Assembly (NCBI GenBank): GCA_015134315.1
Contig: CP043973.1
Span: 25,611 to 89,610, forward strand
Source: Candidatus Stammera capleta
GTDB taxonomy: Bacteria; Pseudomonadota; Gammaproteobacteria; Enterobacterales; Enterobacteriaceae
DNA length: 64,000 nucleotides
Direction: 5' to 3'
Part shown: positions 60,336 to 64,000 of the stretch, one piece after another
How the letters are laid out: each line of letters starts with the position of its first letter
Numbering within the stretch: the stretch's first letter is position 1
Translations under genes and position numbers: made by a program
The notes under the pieces: generated by a model
Told to the model about the DNA's origin: nothing
The model's database searches: none
Seen by the model: the letters and a program-made list of their open reading frames with translations, nothing else

Positions 60336-61811
60336 TTATTTTATCTTATTTTTTTTATATTTTATTATTATTATAGAATAGTTTGGTGTTTGGATTTTTT
60401 TATTAGGTATAATAATAGTTTTAATATTTTTTTTATTTATATTATATAAAAAATTTTTTTTTTTGTTTAATATATAGTAAGCTATATTAATAGGAGCTGT
60501 AACATGTATTTCTTTTATGTTTTTTTTAAGAGATTTTTCTTGTATAATTCTTAAAATTAAGAATGATAAAGATTTATTATCTCTTATTATACCATTACCT
60601 TTGCATCTTGGACAAATATAATAACTTGATTCTTTTAGAGAAAGGTTTAATCTTTGTCTAGACATTTCTAATAAACCAAATTTTGATATATATCCAATTT
60701 GTGTTTTAGCTTTGTCTTTATTAATTATTTTTTTAAATTTTTTTTCTACTATTTTTTGATTTTTTAATATATTCATATCAATAAAATCTATAACTATTAA
60801 TCCTCCTAAATCTCTTAATCTTATTTGTTTAGCTATTTCTTTGGAAGCTTCTAGGTTAGTATTTAAAGCTGTAATTTCTATATTTTTTTCTTTATTATAT
60901 TTATAAGAATTAACATCTATTGATGTTAATGCTTCTGTAATATCTATTGTAATTAAGCCACCAGAAGGTAATCTAACTTCTCTATTAAACGCTGACTCAA
61001 TTTGATTTTCTATTTTAAAATAAGAGAATAATGGTATTTCTTTTTTATAAAATTTTATTTTTTTCAATATTTCTGTTTTATTCAATTTTTTAATATAATT
61101 TATAGCTGATATATATGTTTTATAATTATCTATTATTATTTCTTCTATATCATTATTTAAATATTCTCTAAATATTCTTATAAAAATATTATTTTGTTGA
61201 TATATTAAAAATGGATATTTTTTTTTTTTAAATGTTTTTTTTATATATATTCAATTTTTTAATTTTGATGATAAATCTGATTTAAATACATTAATAGATT
61301 GTCCTAATCCTGAAGTTCTGATTATTAATCCCATATTTTTAGGTATTTTTAATTTTTTAATAATTTTTTTTATTTTTTTTCTTTCTTTTCCTTCTATTTT
61401 TCTTGATATTCCTATAATATTATTATTATTATTTGGCATTAAAATTAAATAATTTCCTATTAAATTTATAAATGTACTTAAAGTAACTCCTTTTTTATTT
61501 ATTTGTTCTTTAGTAATTTGTATTATTAATTCTTGACCTTTATATAAATTATTAATATTATTATTTTTTTTTTTAGTAAAATATTTAGGTGAAATTTCTT
61601 TTAAAGGTAAAAATCCAAATTTTTTTTCTCCATAATCTATAAATACTGCTTCTAAACTAGGTTCTATTCTGATAATTTTACCTTTATAAATATTATATTT
61701 TTTTTTTATATATTTATTATTTTCTATATTTAAATCATATAGTTTTTTATTATTTATTAATGCTATTCTAAGTTCTTCTTTTTGAGTAGCATTTATAAGC
61801 ATTCTTTTCAT
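60336..61811 (-). CDS. rne: Ribonuclease E, N-terminal catalytic half only
   Basis: MKRMLINATQKEELRIALINNKKLYDLNIE, YKGKIIRIEPSLEAVFIDYGEKKFGFLPLKEI, LPSGGLITIDITEALTSIDVNS and CPRCKGNG. Divergent from rluC as in E. coli. 491 aa. Confidence 0.93.
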
Positions 61812-61926
61812 ATAATTTTAATTTATAATAACTTATTTAATTATTAGTATATAATGTATTGTTGATTAATTAATATTTTTATAATATTTTATATATAATT
61901 TTTATATTAAAATTTGATATAATTAT

Positions 61927-62898
61927 ATGTATAATAAATTTTTTATAAGTTTTTTAAAAGTTACTTTATATGATGTTAATCAAAGATTAGATAATTTTTT
62001 ATTTAAAAATATTAAAAGTTTGCCTAGATGCAAAATATATTCTTTGATTAGAAAAGGAAATATAAGAGTTAATAATAATAGAAAATCTTATAGATATAAA
62101 TTACAATTTAATGATATTTTAAGAATACCTTTAATATATTTAAATAGTAATAAATTCTTATATCTTAGTAAAAATATTATATATAAATTTACAAATAATA
62201 TTATATATGAAGATAATTATTTAATATTAGTTAATAAATATTCAGGTATTAGTGTGCATAGTGGAAATAAAGTTAAATATAATTTAATTGATATTTATAG
62301 ATCATTAAAATTAAATAATTATTTAAATTTAGTACATAGATTGGATAAATATTCTTCTGGATTATTATTGATTTCTAAAAATAGAGAAATATTAATTAAC
62401 TTAAATAATCAATTTAAAAATTTAAGTATTATTAAAAAATATTATATATTAGTATGTGGTGTTTGACCTAAAGATATTTATAAAGTTAATAATTTAATTT
62501 ATAAATATAAAGATAAAGGTTATATTATGAATAATAATAAAAAATATTTAAAAAATATAAAATTAAAATGATCTTTAACTTATTTTAAAATAGTAAAAAT
62601 TATTAATAATTTTACATTATTAAAAGCTTATCCTATTACTGGAAGATTTCATCAAATTAGATTACATGTAAGTTATTTAGGTTATCCTATTTTATTTGAT
62701 AATTTATATGGAAATAAATATTTAAATAATAAATTTTATATTAATAAAATTAGTAGATTATTTTTACATTGTAATTATATATCTTTTTATCATTGTATTT
62801 TAAAAAAAAGATTAATTTTTAGTATTAAATTAGAAAATGATTTATGTTATATATTAGAATATATAAAAAATAATAATATTATAAAACAAGGAGATTAA
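61927..62898 (+). CDS. rluC: 23S rRNA pseudouridine synthase RluC
   Basis: S4 domain (RLDNFLFKNIKSLPRCKIYSLIRKGNIRVN), VHRLDKYSSGLLLISK and TGRFHQIRLH. 323 aa, joined through TGAs. Confidence 0.92.
62888..62893 (+). promoter_or_regulatory. Shine-Dalgarno sequence (AAGGAG) for rpmF
   Basis: AAGGAG lies inside the last codons of rluC, 7 nt upstream of the rpmF ATG (62901). Confidence 0.55.
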
Positions 62899-62900
62899 TA

Positions 62901-63074
62901 ATGGCTGTTCAAAAGAGCAAAAAAAGTAAATCTAAAAGAGGTCATAGAAGATCTCATAATTATTTAAGATTACCTGTATTATTTTTTGATAAAAATATTA
63001 ATGAATATGTTTTATATCATCATGTTAGTAAAAATTATTTAATTAATAAAAAAAAAAACAATAATATTAGATAA
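62901..63074 (+). CDS. rpmF: 50S ribosomal protein L32
   Basis: MAVQKSKKSKSKRGHRRSHNYL compares with E. coli [22 protein letters not shown]. 57 aa. Confidence 0.93.
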   Translation: MAVQKSKKSKSKRGHRRSHNYLRLPVLFFDKNINEYVLYHHVSKNYLINKKKNNNIR

Positions 63075-64000
63075 AAAAAATTTCTTTATTTATTTTTAAT
63101 GTTAATAAACTGAATAAATATATAAATATACTATATATTAGTATTAATAATATTTTTATAATTCTTTCATAAATGTTAAATTTTATAAAATTAATTTCTA
63201 AGTTATTAATTAATTTATTTAAAAATATAAATATTAGTAAATTAGATATAAAGATCTTAATTATAAATTTTTTTCATTTATATACATGTTTAAACATTTT
63301 TTTATTTATTAATTGTTTATATAATAAAATACAATTTATATAAGATGCTATCATCATAGATATTGATATACCTATATATTTAAATATTTTTATTGTAAAA
63401 ATATTTATTATTTGTGAAAATATTAATATAAAAATAGATATTTTATTAGGTATATTAATATTTTGTTGAGAGTAATAACATGATATAAATATTTTATTTA
63501 ATAATAAAGTTGTAAATCCTATAGAATATATAATTAATATTTTAGATGTCATAATTACATCTAAATATTTAAATTTTCCATATTTAAATAATAATATTAT
63601 TAATAATTTTGATAATTTTATTAAAAATATTGATATAGGTATACTTATTATTAATATTATTTGTATATATTTTTCTACTAATTTATTATATTGATCTATA
63701 TTTTTATTATTATATTTATTTGATAATTTTGATAATAATAAGGTTCCTGTCATTGTTCCTAATATACTTAGTGGTAATTCTATTATTTTATCAGCATAGT
63801 ATATTCATGATATAGATCCTTCTTTAAAATATGAAGATAAATTATTATTAATAATTTGTGACGTTTGATATATTAATACACTTAATATAGTTGGTATAAA
63901 TTTTTTAATAATTTTAAATATTCCTTTATGAAAAAAATTTACTTTATTAATATTAATATTAATTTTAATTTTTTGAATATATATTTTTTGTATTGTTAGT
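63067..64000 (-). CDS. murJ: Lipid II flippase MurJ (3' part; the 5' end lies beyond the window)
   Basis: GSISWIYYADKIIELPLSILGTMTGTLLLSKLS, LFKYGKFKYLDVIMTSKILIIYSIG and YYSQQNINIP are colinear with the C-terminal half of E. coli MurJ. The frame is open to the window edge. TAA at 63067-63069. Confidence 0.9.

Overview
This window is a very gene-dense, extremely AT-rich stretch of core housekeeping genes. Intergenic spacers are almost free of G+C. The window only reads sensibly if TGA encodes Trp (translation table 4). Most long genes in the standard-code ORF track are split at in-frame TGAs, and these fall on conserved Trp positions. After re-joining the pieces by hand I can place about 55 intact protein genes, 4 tRNA genes and one convincing stem-loop terminator.

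Gene content and local order are Enterobacterales-like. The recognisable blocks are:
- leuW/gln/met tRNAs-miaB-ybeZ-ybeY
- secE-nusG-rplKAJL-rpoBC
- lepA-lepB-rnc-era
- tsf-rpsB divergent from map
- pgk-fbaA
- thrS-infC-rpmI-rplT-pheST
- recC-recB-recD
- leuS-holA
- rne divergent from rluC
- rpmF and murJ

These blocks are shuffled relative to one another, and many E. coli neighbours are deleted. The picture is a strongly reduced obligate-endosymbiont-type genome. I cannot name the organism from this window.

I see no transposases, integrases, phage genes, CRISPR arrays, toxin-antitoxin or defence islands, and no multi-gene system of unknown function.

The points worth a second look are:
- the UGA-to-Trp recoding in this gene context
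- erosion of aminoacyl-tRNA synthetase proofreading (ThrRS lacks its whole N-terminal editing region; the LeuRS CP1 editing motifs are replaced)
- other domain losses (RNase E scaffold half, LigA BRCT, YbeZ N-domain, short HolA, lptE gone)
- a complete recBCD
- a possible conserved AUU start for infC overlapping the thrS stop
- one 249-codon orphan ORF with long poly(A) tracts
- convergent genes whose 3' ends overlap with no terminators
- CCA-less tRNA genes alongside a retained RNase BN/Z

All coordinates of re-joined genes were derived by hand-tracing reading frames. Stop positions are reliable. Several start codons are the best guess only.
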